From positions 1 through 64,000 of the forward strand of contig CAWEDI010000001.1 in the NCBI GenBank assembly GCA_963807735.1: 64,000 bases of DNA, written 5' to 3'. The stretch's first letter is position 1; each line of letters opens with the position of its first letter. A program made the position numbers and the translations under genes. The DNA is from an uncultured Pseudomonadota bacterium (GTDB lineage: Bacteria; Pseudomonadota; Alphaproteobacteria; Rhizobiales; Beijerinckiaceae). The notes under the pieces are model-generated. The model saw nothing but the letters and a program-made list of their open reading frames with translations, was not told the origin of the DNA and ran no database searches. Of this stretch, positions 8,790 through 18,408 are shown one piece after another.

Positions 8790-8804
8790 TTGTGCAATGC
8801 ACAA
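8790..8804. promoter_or_regulatory. Perfect 7-1-7 palindrome TTGTGCA-A-TGCACAA, candidate enhancer-binding-protein (NtrC-type) site
   Basis: Perfect inverted repeat centred ~85-90 bp upstream of the -24 element. TGCAC/GTGCA half-sites are reminiscent of NtrC sites, but the spacing differs from the canonical 17-mer. Confidence 0.4.
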
Positions 8805-8832
8805 ACCGCGAGCGCGGCCAGGCGCGGGCGGC

Positions 8833-9660
8833 TCAACGGGTCTTCGGCGAGCGTTCGAACAGGTCGCCGCGAAATGCCCCGCGCGCGGCAGCTCGCGCTC
8901 CTTCGCTATCGACGACTTGTCCAGCCGCCAGCATCGCGGCGAACAGACGATTGGCGGCGGCGACGCTGGGAAGAAGCGCGTCACGATCCAGGCGAAGATA
9001 ACCTGCCGCGTGGCGCCGCGGCCGCTGGCCGCCGACCTCGATGTTGCTCGCAAGTACAGCTTCGATCATCGGAGCCGGCGCGTCGACATAGTCGGGGCGC
9101 GCGAGATGCCACGCCAGGCGCTCGCGGTGTTCGGGCATGTCCGCCCAATGCGCTGCAGCGACCACCGAGCGCGGCAGCGAGAGCGCCACCTCGGTTCGCC
9201 GTTCGACGTCGTCTGGCGCGCATCACCATCAGTTTTTCCGGCGCATCGGGCATGAGATCGACGCCCAAAGCGGCGATCACCCCTGCCCCGGCGCCACCGC
9301 GCTGCATTCCACGGTGCCCCCGAGCAGAACCCGTCGATCTGACCATTGGCAAGGCTCGCCGCCATATATTGTGGCGGCAGCACGATGATTCGCGACCACG
9401 GGCGCAGCTCGCCGGTCGACCGTTCGCACGGATTGAGTCAAACCAAGCAGGACCTCATCACTCGCGCGCAGCCAGAGACGTGGCGCCAAGCGCAAGTCGT
9501 GTCTCAAAGGCCGATCGGGCATATTGCGAACGACATTGACCGGCGCGGGCTTCTCGGCTGGCGGCTCGTCCAGCGCCTTGAAACGCGACCGTTTCAACGT
9601 CAATCTCACAAAAGCCGCAGGCTACGAGCGCGCCTGGCTCAGACGCGCGGCTTCTCGCGA
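8833..9660 (-). pseudogene. nasS: NasS/NrtA-like nitrate-binding (sensor) protein gene broken by several frameshifts
   Basis: Family motifs are spread over three minus-strand frames. PPQYMAASLANGQIDGFCSGAPWNA is in ORF 9066..9383. AGVIAALGVDLMPDAPEKLMVMRA is in ORF 8981..9352. The C-terminal part, HWADMPEHRERLAWHLARPDYVDAP...LLPSVAAANRLFAAMLAAGQV, is in ORF 8833..9189. Confidence 0.6.
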
Positions 9661-9779
9661 TTGCGGGCGCTGACAAGCTCCGTTGGCGTCGGCTCGAGCG
9701 AGAAGGCGTCCGGCTGCGCCAGACCCCAGGAATTCGGGCGCGTTCAATTCAATCAAAGGCTGTGACATTTAGGCGACAC

Positions 9780-10140
9780 CCGAATGACGCACAAGCAAAC
9801 TTGGGCAGACAGCAAAGGTTTCGCGGGCTCAAAGGGTTAGAGTCAAAGGCGACGCGCTCAGCGGAGAACGGTCGCGCGCGAGGGCGTTTCGAAAGCTTCC
9901 GATCAACCATTGCAAATGCGAAAGTTTGTGAGCTCGAAATGGCGCTTCCGAGGCGGAGCCCATTCCATTATCAAGGCCTTGGAGAAATCCAGCAGCGAGG
10001 CGCGTTTTCCCGGCGGGCCCGCGCAGCGAGAGTCGCCAACCTCGAAGGAGGCATTTCGATTGCCCCTATGGCTCGCCCATGGCATAGAGAGTGACAGGAA
10101 ACTCGGCGGGCGGGGCCGATCATGGCGCAGTTCTCTAAAT
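9780..10140 (-). pseudogene. nasT: Possible NasT-type ANTAR-domain remnant
   Basis: Hand translation of the minus strand gives ANTAR-like pieces in different frames (SKALIMEW / SASEAPFRAHKL / FAFAMVDRKLS). No receiver domain is recognisable. Weak. Confidence 0.3.
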
Positions 10141-10633
10141 ATCAAAATTGGAACAAAGGGAATTTAGCGCCAGGAGTTCAAGTCGAAGATTTTCCGATCC
10201 TTGAAATTGTAGTGACTACTCTGCCGATTTAGTTAGCCGAGCCGGTGATAAATCATCTTCTCTCGGCAGGCGTGTTGACTGCGGTAGGTTGATCCCGGAT
10301 CAGGGGACGTTTTGACCGTAAACAGAAGTCCTTGGCTGCGCCGAATATTATTCGTCGGGTACTTCCGGATATGAACCTTCATGAGATTGTGATGCGACAT
10401 CAAACAGTGTTCTGCATATCAATATCCGGATTGGCGCCCTCTGTTCACGAGCGACTTTGGGTCGAGACAATGTACGGGAGGGTTTGCTACGGGAGAGGAA
10501 GTCGCCTTTAGGCAGCGGGAGCCGCCGCGCAGAGGCCGACAGAAGGGGCCTTCACCCTCCTTCTCCAACAAGTTGCAGCCAGGGACTCTTTCATGCCGTC
10601 CAATCTTTACAGATCGCGCGGAGGCGTAAACTC

Positions 10634-12104
10634 GTGAGCGCGAAAGGACAGTTGCGAGCGCCTTTGAAATCCGAGTCTTCGGGGTTTGACGATGTCTGGC
10701 GCCGGACCGCCGAGCGGCTGCGCCTGGCGTTGGGCGACAGCGTGTTCAATAGCTGGTTTGGCAGCGTCAGGGTCGAAGAGTTCGTCGCCGGACGGGTTCG
10801 TCTGTCGGTGTCGACCCGCTTCCTGAAGAGCTGGATCGAGAACCACTATCAGGAAAGATTGCTAGCGGCGCTTTCCGCGGAGCTAAAGGACGTGACTGCC
10901 GTCGAGGTTTTCGCGCGGACGATGCATCCCAACGCGGGACGTCCTGCTAACGGGGGCGCCGATACCGGGCGGAAGGGACCAGAGATCCTTGCCAACGACG
11001 TCGGTGCGACGGCGCCGGCGAGCCCCGTCGCCGCTCGCAAAGCCGAAAGCGTGGTGAAATCGCCCCTGGGATCACCACTTGATCGTCGGTTGACTTTCGC
11101 GACCTTCATCGGAGGGCGCGCCAACCAACTTGCGCTGTCGCTTGCCCGCAAACTGTCGGAAGGCCGAGACGCCGGCGCGAGCATGACGCCCCTGTACATT
11201 CATGCCGCGGTCGGACTCGGCAAGACCCATCTTTTGCAGGCGATCGCGCATTCTGCGTTAGCGCGGCATCAATCGGTCGTCTATCTCACAGCCGAAGCTT
11301 TTATGTATGGCTTCGTCAATGCGCTGCGCAACCATTCCGCCATCGCGTTCAAGGAATCGCTACGCACGATTGATCTGCTGATTTTCGACGACGCCCAGTT
11401 TCTGCAGGGGCGAGTGATTCAGAGCGAGTTTGGTCATGTCCTCAACTCGTTGATCGACGCGGGCCGACAGGTCGTTATCGCGGCCGATCGTCCGCCGTCG
11501 GACCTCGAGTTCGGTCGACGAGCGGGTGCGCTCGCGCTTGGCCGGCGGCATTTGCGTGGAAATGCTAGGTTTCGACGAAGCTCTGCGCCTACGAATCTTG
11601 GAGACGCGACTGGCCGTCGCCAAGCAATCGCATCCCGCGCTAGAGGTGCCGCGCGATGTGTTGGTCTTTATCGCAAGCTCCATTGTCTCCAACGGTCGCG
11701 ACCTTGAAGGCGCGATCAACCGGCTCGCCGCACACGCCCAACTCGGCGGCGCGCCGATGACGCTGGCGGCTGCGGAAGTCGCGGTGCGAGACCTGATCCG
11801 CACGCGCGAGCCCAAACGGGTCAAGATCGAGGAGATCCAAAAACGCGTCGCGCACCACTACAATGTCTCCCGCGCCGATCTGTTGTCGTCGCGTCGGACC
11901 GCGGCCGTCGTGATGCCCCGTCAAATCGCAATGTTTCTGGCGAAGACCCTGACCTTGCGTTCTCTCCCGGAGATCGGCCGACGGTTCGGCGGCCGGGATC
12001 ACACAACGGTGCTGCACGCGGTACGCAAGATCGACAATCTCTACAATAAGGACGCGACTTTGCGCGAGGAGCTAGAACTGCTGAAGCGTATGCTGCAGGA
12101 ATGA
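10634..12104 (+). CDS. dnaA: Chromosomal replication initiator DnaA, interrupted by an apparent 1-nt insertion near 11510
   Basis: The GTG at 10634 lies 9 nt after GGAGG (10620-10624). Walker A GLGKTHLL, and [11 protein letters not shown] in frame 1. Frame +1 (track ORF 11526..12104) continues with [12 protein letters not shown]..., the box VII/sensor region and domain IV ([13 protein letters not shown]). 1471 nt equals 490 codons plus 1 nt. Confidence 0.9.
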
Positions 12105-12108
12105 GATC

Positions 12109-12456
12109 ATGACGCTCGTCTATAAAGTTGTCTCGCAAGCGCAATGGTCGGCGGCGCTTGAGATGGGCGTATTCTCGGGCGCGGAAATTGACCATCGCGA
12201 CGGCTACATCCATCTCTCCAGCGGCGAGCAAGCGGAGAGGACGGTCGCGCTCTATTTCGGTGGCCGCGACGATCTCGTTCTTGTCGCGATTGACAGTGAG
12301 CATCTTGGGGAAGCGCTCAAGTGGGAACCGTCGCGCGGCGGTGATCTGTTCCCCCACCTTTACGCGAAGCTCCCGCTCGAACGCGTGGCGTGGACCAAGC
12401 ATTTTTCTTCGCAGCGCCCCGACGAACTCCGCGCACTTCTTTCGGGCGGACCGTGA
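12109..12456 (+). CDS. DUF952 family protein
   Basis: 115 aa. DGYIHLSS and FPHLY motifs typical of DUF952. Confidence 0.8.
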   Translation: MTLVYKVVSQAQWSAALEMGVFSGAEIDHRDGYIHLSSGEQAERTVALYFGGRDDLVLVAIDSEHLGEALKWEPSRGGDLFPHLYAKLPLERVAWTKHFSSQRPDELRALLSGGP

Positions 12457-12462
12457 CGCCCG

Positions 12463-13524
12463 ATGCGGGTCGTCGCCTCCCTGCTCGGCTCGCTTCCGCC
12501 GGAGGTCGCCCATCGCACGGCGATACGCGCGATCAACGCATTTCCGCTCAGGCTATCCCCGGAACCGGATGCGCGCTTGCGCCTGCAAGCGTTCGGGATG
12601 AACTTTGCGAATCCGCTTGGGCTCGCCGCGGGATTCGATAAGAGCGCCGAAGCTGTTGAAGGGCTCGGCCGGCTGGGATTCGGCTTTATCGAGGTGGGGA
12701 CACTGACCCCGAGACCGCAGATCGGGAATCCGAAACCTCGGCTGTTTCGGCTACCGTCTGATTTCGCCATCGTTAACCGCATGGGTTTCAACAATGATGG
12801 CTACGCGCATGGACGGGAACGTCTCGCCGATGCGACCCGCCGAGGCATTGTGGGCGTCAACATCGGCCCCAACAAAGACTCGCCGGATCGGATCGCCGAT
12901 TTCGTCAACGGCGTCGAAACATTCGCACCCGTCGTCGACTACTTCACCATCAATATTTCCTCGCCGAATACGCCAGGTTTGCGGAATCTTCAGGCGCGCG
13001 CCGAACTTGCGAGGCTACTCGACGGCGTGCTCGCCGCGCGAGCGAACGCGGCCGCGTGGCGCCCGATCTTGCTGAAAATCGCGCCGGATCTCAGTGACGA
13101 TCAACTCGAAGACGTGCTCGACATAGCGCTTGACCGTCGCATCGATGGATTGGTCGTCGCCAACACCTCCATCCATCGGCCGCGAACGCTCACTTCCAGA
13201 CTGGCGCGCGAGAGCGGAGGCTTGTCAGGCCGACCGATATTTTCTCTGTCGACGCGCCTACTCGCGCAATGTTTTCTGCGATGCGGCGACGCCTTGCCGA
13301 TCGTCGGCGTGGGCGGCGTCGAGGATGCGCCGACCGCGATCACGAAGTTCGAAGCGGGGGCGAGGTTGGTGCAAATCTACACGGCGTTGATCTACCGTGG
13401 GCCCGGATTAATCGGCGAGATTTTGCGCGGCCTGACCTCTGAGGTCGAGCGCCGCGGCCTTACATCGCTGTCAGCGTTGATCGGGACGCGAGCTCACGAA
13501 ATCGCCGTTGGCTCCCCACCTTAG
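12463..13524 (+). CDS. pyrD: Dihydroorotate dehydrogenase (quinone), class 2
   Basis: NPLGLAAGFDK, GFIEVGTLTPRPQIGNPKPRLFRL, NISSPNTPGLR. Confidence 0.95.
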   Translation: MRVVASLLGSLPPEVAHRTAIRAINAFPLRLSPEPDARLRLQAFGMNFANPLGLAAGFDKSAEAVEGLGRLGFGFIEVGTLTPRPQIGNPKPRLFRLPSDFAIVNRMGFNNDGYAHGRERLADATRRGIVGVNIGPNKDSPDRIADFVNGVETFAPVVDYFTINISSPNTPGLRNLQARAELARLLDGVLAARANAAAWRPILLKIAPDLSDDQLEDVLDIALDRRIDGLVVANTSIHRPRTLTSRLARESGGLSGRPIFSLSTRLLAQCFLRCGDALPIVGVGGVEDAPTAITKFEAGARLVQIYTALIYRGPGLIGEILRGLTSEVERRGLTSLSALIGTRAHEIAVGSPP

Positions 13525-13533
13525 CGCGAGAGA

Positions 13534-13556
13534 CCGGGAGCGCCACGCGCTCCCGG
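13534..13556. terminator. Perfect 10-bp GC hairpin between convergent pyrD and fae (bidirectional terminator candidate)
   Basis: CCGGGAGCGC-CAC-GCGCTCCCGG. Confidence 0.5.
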
Positions 13557-13566
13557 CGCATGCGTC

Positions 13567-14076
13567 TTAGTTCGCGCCGAAGGGGTGCTTGGCGGTGTCG
13601 CGCTTGGACACAACCTCTTGTGGCGTCGGATGCCCGGCGACGGCGCGCTCAATCGCCTCCTTCGTCGCGCGGTAGTTGAAATCCTGAATCTTCTTGTCGT
13701 CAGCGGCTTCCCAATGAATGAACACGCCGACGCAAATGAAGATGTCGTCGGCCTCCCAGGCGGGAATGGTGCCGTCGGCGACCGAATCGGCGACCGCCTT
13801 GGCGACCGCGTGCTGGGCCGGCCCGAACATCTGCACCGCCTGTTTCGCGCCCTTGATCGTCACTTTGTTGAACATGACGGTGGCCGGCTTGGCGAGAAGG
13901 TTCGGCGCCACCACGGCGAGCAACGCCGTGAAGCCGTCTTTGTTGTTGCACAACGCATTCGCGAACGCGGTTTCGACCGCGCTGCCGCGCGGGCCGATGA
14001 GTAGATCGATGTGCGCGACTTCGTTGCCTTCGCCAACCAACGACTCGCCGACACACATCTTCGTGATCTTAGGCAT
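13567..14076 (-). CDS. fae: Formaldehyde-activating enzyme
   Basis: 169 aa. The N-terminus ...[24 protein letters not shown]... is characteristic of Fae. Confidence 0.95.
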   Translation of the reverse strand: MPKITKMCVGESLVGEGNEVAHIDLLIGPRGSAVETAFANALCNNKDGFTALLAVVAPNLLAKPATVMFNKVTIKGAKQAVQMFGPAQHAVAKAVADSVADGTIPAWEADDIFICVGVFIHWEAADDKKIQDFNYRATKEAIERAVAGHPTPQEVVSKRDTAKHPFGAN

Positions 14077-14246
14077 GCCATTCCTCCCTGCAATCAGACG
14101 GGCCTTCCGGCTCGGCAGATCTTTGCGACCCCGAACCGGCTATCCTTGTTGTCAGCGTCCCGCGAAACGCGGAACCGGTTGGCCGGATAGGCGCAACCTC
14201 GTGGATCGCGCGCGCCACTCAATCATTGTTGCGCGGGACCCGCAAG

Positions 14247-15083
14247 TCATTCGTGGCGGTCCGTCGTGAGGTAAGCGGCGAAAAGGGTCGCCACGGTCAG
14301 GTCGGCGGAAGTCCCGGGGTTCAAGCCGCGCGCCTTGAGATCGGCGTCCCAGTCGGCAAGCGCCGCGACGCGTTGCTCGCGATCGACAATTTCAGCCAGA
14401 CGCGAGCGGCGCAGTGCGGCATCCTTCTGCACTGTCTCAGCGACTTCGCGGCCAAACTTGCGCCCGACGTGCGAATCGGGGTGCTCCGCCAAAAACGCAA
14501 GATAAACCGCCAGCGCGGCGTCGGCCGGGTCCAACCCGCGGGCGATTGCATGCGCGTGAGCGGTCGCGCCGAGGCCTAGCACGTCGGCGAAGTCGTTGGC
14601 GTATTGCCGCGCCACGAGGTCGCGATCGGCGGCCGCGGCCATCGCTTCGCGCAGGGTCACCGCGGGCGGGCGGCGCACATCATGTTCGTCCGTCGATCCG
14701 AGACCGCCGGGAGCGGCCAGCACGATCGCGTCGAACACCGCGCGCGCGTCGGCGGCGTCGAGTTCGCTTAGCACACGGGAAACGCTGGCGCGCAGGTCGG
14801 GCGCGGGGCGCTCCGCGGCGGCGGCGAGCGGCGCGCACAGCAACACGACGCCTAGATTGGTATTCTGGCCGACCGCCGCGCGGGTGGCGGCGACCGCGCC
14901 CCAGACACGCGCGCCGAAACGGGCGCCAAGACGCGCGAGCTCCGGCGCGCTCACCCGCGCGCTGGCTTCGAAGTCCGCCACCGTCATCCCGTGGCCCTCG
15001 CCAAAGCGATGGACGTTGCCGGGCTTGAGCGCGTCGAGTTCCGTCGAGCAGGCGGCGACATAGGCTTTCGCGATTCGATTCAC
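14247..15083 (-). CDS. Triphosphoribosyl-dephospho-CoA synthase (CitG/MdcB)-like protein of the H4MPT cluster (Orf7-type)
   Basis: LKPGNVHRF, QNTNLGVVLLCAPLA. Start placed at the GTG 15083, which overlaps the upstream stop (GTGA). Confidence 0.8.
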   Translation of the reverse strand: MNRIAKAYVAACSTELDALKPGNVHRFGEGHGMTVADFEASARVSAPELARLGARFGARVWGAVAATRAAVGQNTNLGVVLLCAPLAAAAERPAPDLRASVSRVLSELDAADARAVFDAIVLAAPGGLGSTDEHDVRRPPAVTLREAMAAAADRDLVARQYANDFADVLGLGATAHAHAIARGLDPADAALAVYLAFLAEHPDSHVGRKFGREVAETVQKDAALRRSRLAEIVDREQRVAALADWDADLKARGLNPGTSADLTVATLFAAYLTTDRHE

Positions 15084-15958
15084 GATCCCGCCCCGCGCAA
15101 CACGTCGGCGGCAATCGCCTCGGCGATACAAGCGTCCGCAACTCTCTGTAGCCCGCGCCACGCCGGCATGCTGTTGACCTCCAGCACGCGCGGACCTTCG
15201 CGGCCGACGATGATGTCGACCCCGGCGATTTCGACGCCGACAGCGCGCGCGGCGGCGAGCGCCATCGCCTCGAGCCGCCCGTCGCGCGCCACCGGGAACG
15301 GCTCGCCGCCTTGTTTGACATTAGTGATCCATGTCGGCGCGCGCCGCATCATCGCCGCGACGACCCGCCCGCCAGAGATGAGCAGCCGGAAATCGCGGAA
15401 ATCCTCGCCCTCGACCGGCTCGAACCTTTGCAAGTAATAAACACCCGCGACCGCATCCGGGCGCGGCAAATCGTCGACGGCGCGCAGGAGGCGCAATCCC
15501 TTGCCCTGTGCGCCGAACAATGGCTTCAGAACCAAGGGTCCGCGCTCAATTTCCCGACGCACGAGCGCATGCGCTGCGTCAAAGGATTCCAGCGTCCAGG
15601 TGTCGGGCGTCGGAATCCCGGCGCGTGCGACGAGAAAGCTCGTCATCGACTTGTCGACGCAGGCCTCAATTCCGCGGGGCGCGTTGACGACACGCACGCC
15701 GAGGCGGTCTAGTGCATGGAGTATCCCAAGCCGACGCGTAATCGCCTCGAAACTTCCCGCCGACATGGTGCGAACGTGCACGGCGTCGGGCAACGCGGCG
15801 AACCCCGGCAGCGCAAGCCCGGTCGGACTCGCGGTCGCAAAGTCGCACACCGCAAGATCGAGTCGGATGACGACCGCGCCCTTCGCGGCGTAAGCCTCCT
15901 CCATGCGCCGCGCATGCCAGTCGCGCGTCTCGCTGACGAGCAAGATTCGTTTCGCCAC
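15080..15958 (-). CDS. RimK-family ATP-grasp ligase (H4MPT:alpha-L-glutamate ligase-like, Orf5/MptN-type)
   Basis: 292 aa ATP-grasp fold (LVLKPLFGAQGKGL, VLEVNSMPAW). Sits in the H4MPT gene context. Confidence 0.8.
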   Translation of the reverse strand: MAKRILLVSETRDWHARRMEEAYAAKGAVVIRLDLAVCDFATASPTGLALPGFAALPDAVHVRTMSAGSFEAITRRLGILHALDRLGVRVVNAPRGIEACVDKSMTSFLVARAGIPTPDTWTLESFDAAHALVRREIERGPLVLKPLFGAQGKGLRLLRAVDDLPRPDAVAGVYYLQRFEPVEGEDFRDFRLLISGGRVVAAMMRRAPTWITNVKQGGEPFPVARDGRLEAMALAAARAVGVEIAGVDIIVGREGPRVLEVNSMPAWRGLQRVADACIAEAIAADVLRGAGS

Positions 15959-15962
15959 GGGC

Positions 15963-16934
15963 TCAGCCCAAGGAGGCGTCGAGCAACGCCTCGTCGATAG
16001 CTCCGGAGCGGAAGGTCGCGCCCGATTCGACTGCGGTTACCAGGGTCTGCGCCGGGCTGAACAGCATCGGATCAATGGCGTAGAAATCCCCGTTGAACCG
16101 CTTGAAGATTTCGCGGAACGGCGAGCCATAGTCGCGGGAGGCGCGGCTCGGCAAGGCTTCGGCCAGCTCCCTTGCCTCGTCGGCAGGCCCGGTGACGAAC
16201 AAATGCACCCGGCCGCCATAAATAATTGCGTCGTTGGTGCGGCCCATCGCGGTCATGAAATCGGGATGCGGAGGCGAGAGTGGCGCGGCGCCGAAGCCGT
16301 CGACGATTCGCGCCAGTGGAAACTTCAGGGCGTGAGCCTTGTGCAGTGCGACTTCCAAGACGCGCGCGACAACCTGCACGCTGCCGGCAATGCTCTGCGT
16401 CGGCGCGAAGATTACGGTGAGAGCAGACGGCGGCAAACCACATTCGGCGGCGATCTTGGCCACGACCTCCGCCGGCGGCGCCCGTCCGCTCTCGATGACC
16501 AGCGTCGTCTGCGCGGCGGCGTCGCGATAGCCGATCTCTTCGAACAGCGGCTCCTTTCGCGCCAACGACCGCGCCGGCCCCGACCCCAAGGCGAAAAAGG
16601 CGCCGCGTCCCTCGCCATGTGAAAGACTCCAGCCGGCGTATTGACTTGCCAAGCAGGCAATCACTGGCTGCGAAGAGCGCACGCCAATCGTCCACGGCCA
16701 ACGCCGAATAGTGCCGTCGGACGTCAGCGAAACTTCGCCCAGCCCGCCGAGGCAAATTTTTGCAATCGTTAGGCCGGCCTCGACGCCGCCGCGGCGCTTG
16801 GCGCCGGCGTCGATCAGGGTTTCGCCGAGCTTGCCGGTCTCGATACTGACCTCCATCCGCGCAGCCTCGGCGCGCAACAGCTCTGCCCAAGGCGCTGAGC
16901 TGGTGTTGACACTGATTTGTGACGCGCCGCTCAT
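15963..16934 (-). CDS. mch: Methenyl-tetrahydromethanopterin cyclohydrolase
   Basis: Start moved to the ATG at 16934 (ATGA overlap with the upstream gene). Motifs IACLASQYAGW and FALGSGPAR. Confidence 0.9.
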   Translation of the reverse strand: MSGASQISVNTSSAPWAELLRAEAARMEVSIETGKLGETLIDAGAKRRGGVEAGLTIAKICLGGLGEVSLTSDGTIRRWPWTIGVRSSQPVIACLASQYAGWSLSHGEGRGAFFALGSGPARSLARKEPLFEEIGYRDAAAQTTLVIESGRAPPAEVVAKIAAECGLPPSALTVIFAPTQSIAGSVQVVARVLEVALHKAHALKFPLARIVDGFGAAPLSPPHPDFMTAMGRTNDAIIYGGRVHLFVTGPADEARELAEALPSRASRDYGSPFREIFKRFNGDFYAIDPMLFSPAQTLVTAVESGATFRSGAIDEALLDASLG

Positions 16935-18037
16935 AGGGCGTCCCCCCGTAGCCAGGATTGGATGCGCGTGGATCGCTCTTTCATGGTCGCTTTCGCTTCC
17001 GTGACCGTGGCGCCGCTCGCCGAAACCGTGCAGATCGGCGCGCCCGCTTGGATACGTGAGCCGCGCGCGGGGCGGTCGGCGACCCAATCCGGCCAATCCG
17101 CAGGCGGCGCGATGGCGTCAACCGAAGCGTAGACGATCTCCGCAGCCTTTGGCCGCCGCGGTTTTGGCGGCGCCGCGGCGCGATGTGCGAGCGCATCGAT
17201 GTGTCGTGTCAGCAACGGGTCCGCTGCGTCGTCGAATAGATCCAAGGTGGCGCCGGGGCGCGGATTGACCTCTAACAGCCACCAAGTCTCGCCGTCATCG
17301 ATAAAATCCGCGCTCGCCAGACCCCGGACACCGAGCGATTCCGTGAGCGCCGCAAGCTCCTGCATAAGGCGATCCGGTGGAGACGGGTCCACCGGACCGG
17401 CCGCGCCGCCGTAACGGAAAGGGGTACTTGCGCAGGGCGAAGTCCATTGTTCGCTCCACGCGATAGGCGTCAGTTCCCGGGAATCGCGAGCGAATAGTAA
17501 CGAGACTGCGCGGCCGCGCTTCCGCCGCTGCCAATATTCGCGGGCGCCGAGCGACCGTTCCGGCGAGCCTTCGGCGATATGCAGGCCGCCGGAGCCGCCG
17601 CTCCGTTTAACGACCCAATCTACAGGCGATTCTGGCGAGGCGAAACGTATCTCGGGATGCGAAATTCCAGCCCTCGCGCAAGCCTCAGAGAAGATTCGCG
17701 GATTCTTCGTCCGCGCCAGCGCCTCCGGCGTCGATCCGAACAACGGCAAGACCGCGCCGAGTTGAGCAAGGCGCTGTGGGCAATCATCGAAGCCCGATCC
17801 GTAAACGAGTCCTAGGAGAGCGTGATCGCGGTTCAGACTCGCGACGACAGGTGCGAGGTCGACCTCAGCGAATCCTCCCAAGGCGTTCTCCATTATGCTC
17901 GTCGCTCGACACGCTGAGCACGTATCCTCATCGCCGAAGGCGTCGATCGCAACCGACGCATAACCGGCCCGCCGCGCGGATGCGACGAGGGCGCGCGCCG
18001 AAATGGCGACAATAAGTAAAGCGTGCGCCTCAGTCAC
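16931..18037 (-). CDS. ATP-grasp protein of the H4MPT-linked C1 pathway (OrfY/COG2232-type carboligase-like)
   Basis: WVVKRSGGSGGLHI and WWLLEVNPRPGATL. The start is uncertain: GTG 18037 was chosen, and the track start 18151 would add an Arg/Pro-rich extension. Confidence 0.7.
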   Translation of the reverse strand: MTEAHALLIVAISARALVASARRAGYASVAIDAFGDEDTCSACRATSIMENALGGFAEVDLAPVVASLNRDHALLGLVYGSGFDDCPQRLAQLGAVLPLFGSTPEALARTKNPRIFSEACARAGISHPEIRFASPESPVDWVVKRSGGSGGLHIAEGSPERSLGAREYWQRRKRGRAVSLLFARDSRELTPIAWSEQWTSPCASTPFRYGGAAGPVDPSPPDRLMQELAALTESLGVRGLASADFIDDGETWWLLEVNPRPGATLDLFDDAADPLLTRHIDALAHRAAAPPKPRRPKAAEIVYASVDAIAPPADWPDWVADRPARGSRIQAGAPICTVSASGATVTEAKATMKERSTRIQSWLRGDAL

Positions 18038-18408
18038 GCGTCGCGGGCCCGGTCGCGCTCCGCGTGTCTCCACATATCTCTTCGTCCAACTGGGAACCGC
18101 TCCCGGCGATTCCCGCCGCTTGGGAATCGGCGCCAGCGGCGGCCCCACCAAAAGTCTTCGCTATTCAAGACGTCGGCGGGCGATCTGTCCAGTCGCTCGC
18201 AACGCGGATGCGCGCCTTTGGGGAAGCCGGTGCGACCGCACAATCACACAGAAAAGTCGAAGATTTGAGTCGATGCGTGGCGAGGACGAGGGTGTCGATC
18301 AGGACAATTTCCTCGGCGAACGGATAGACAATTCAGGCGAACCTGTATCAGATTGCCGCGAGCGCGGCCGTCCCGTCTTCGCTGCGGGGGGCTCGAAAGG
18401 ACAGCGAA

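Noticed and set aside
10140-10633. oriC immediately upstream of dnaA.
   Set aside because: The region is AT-rich, but I found no box with 8/9 or better match to TTATCCACA. The hemJ-DUF299 gap has a perfect box, several near-consensus boxes and the conserved alphaproteobacterial origin synteny.
10457-10633. N-terminal extensions proposed by the ORF track. These are 10457 for dnaA, 17096 for mch, 18151 for the ATP-grasp gene, 28505 for trxB, 31502 for the USP gene, 25661 for nusG, 3895 for the FNT gene and 15161 for the CitG-like gene.
   Set aside because: The extensions are Arg/Pro-rich, overlap upstream genes or lack homology to family N-termini. Internal ATG/GTG/TTG starts with an RBS or a start/stop overlap fit better.
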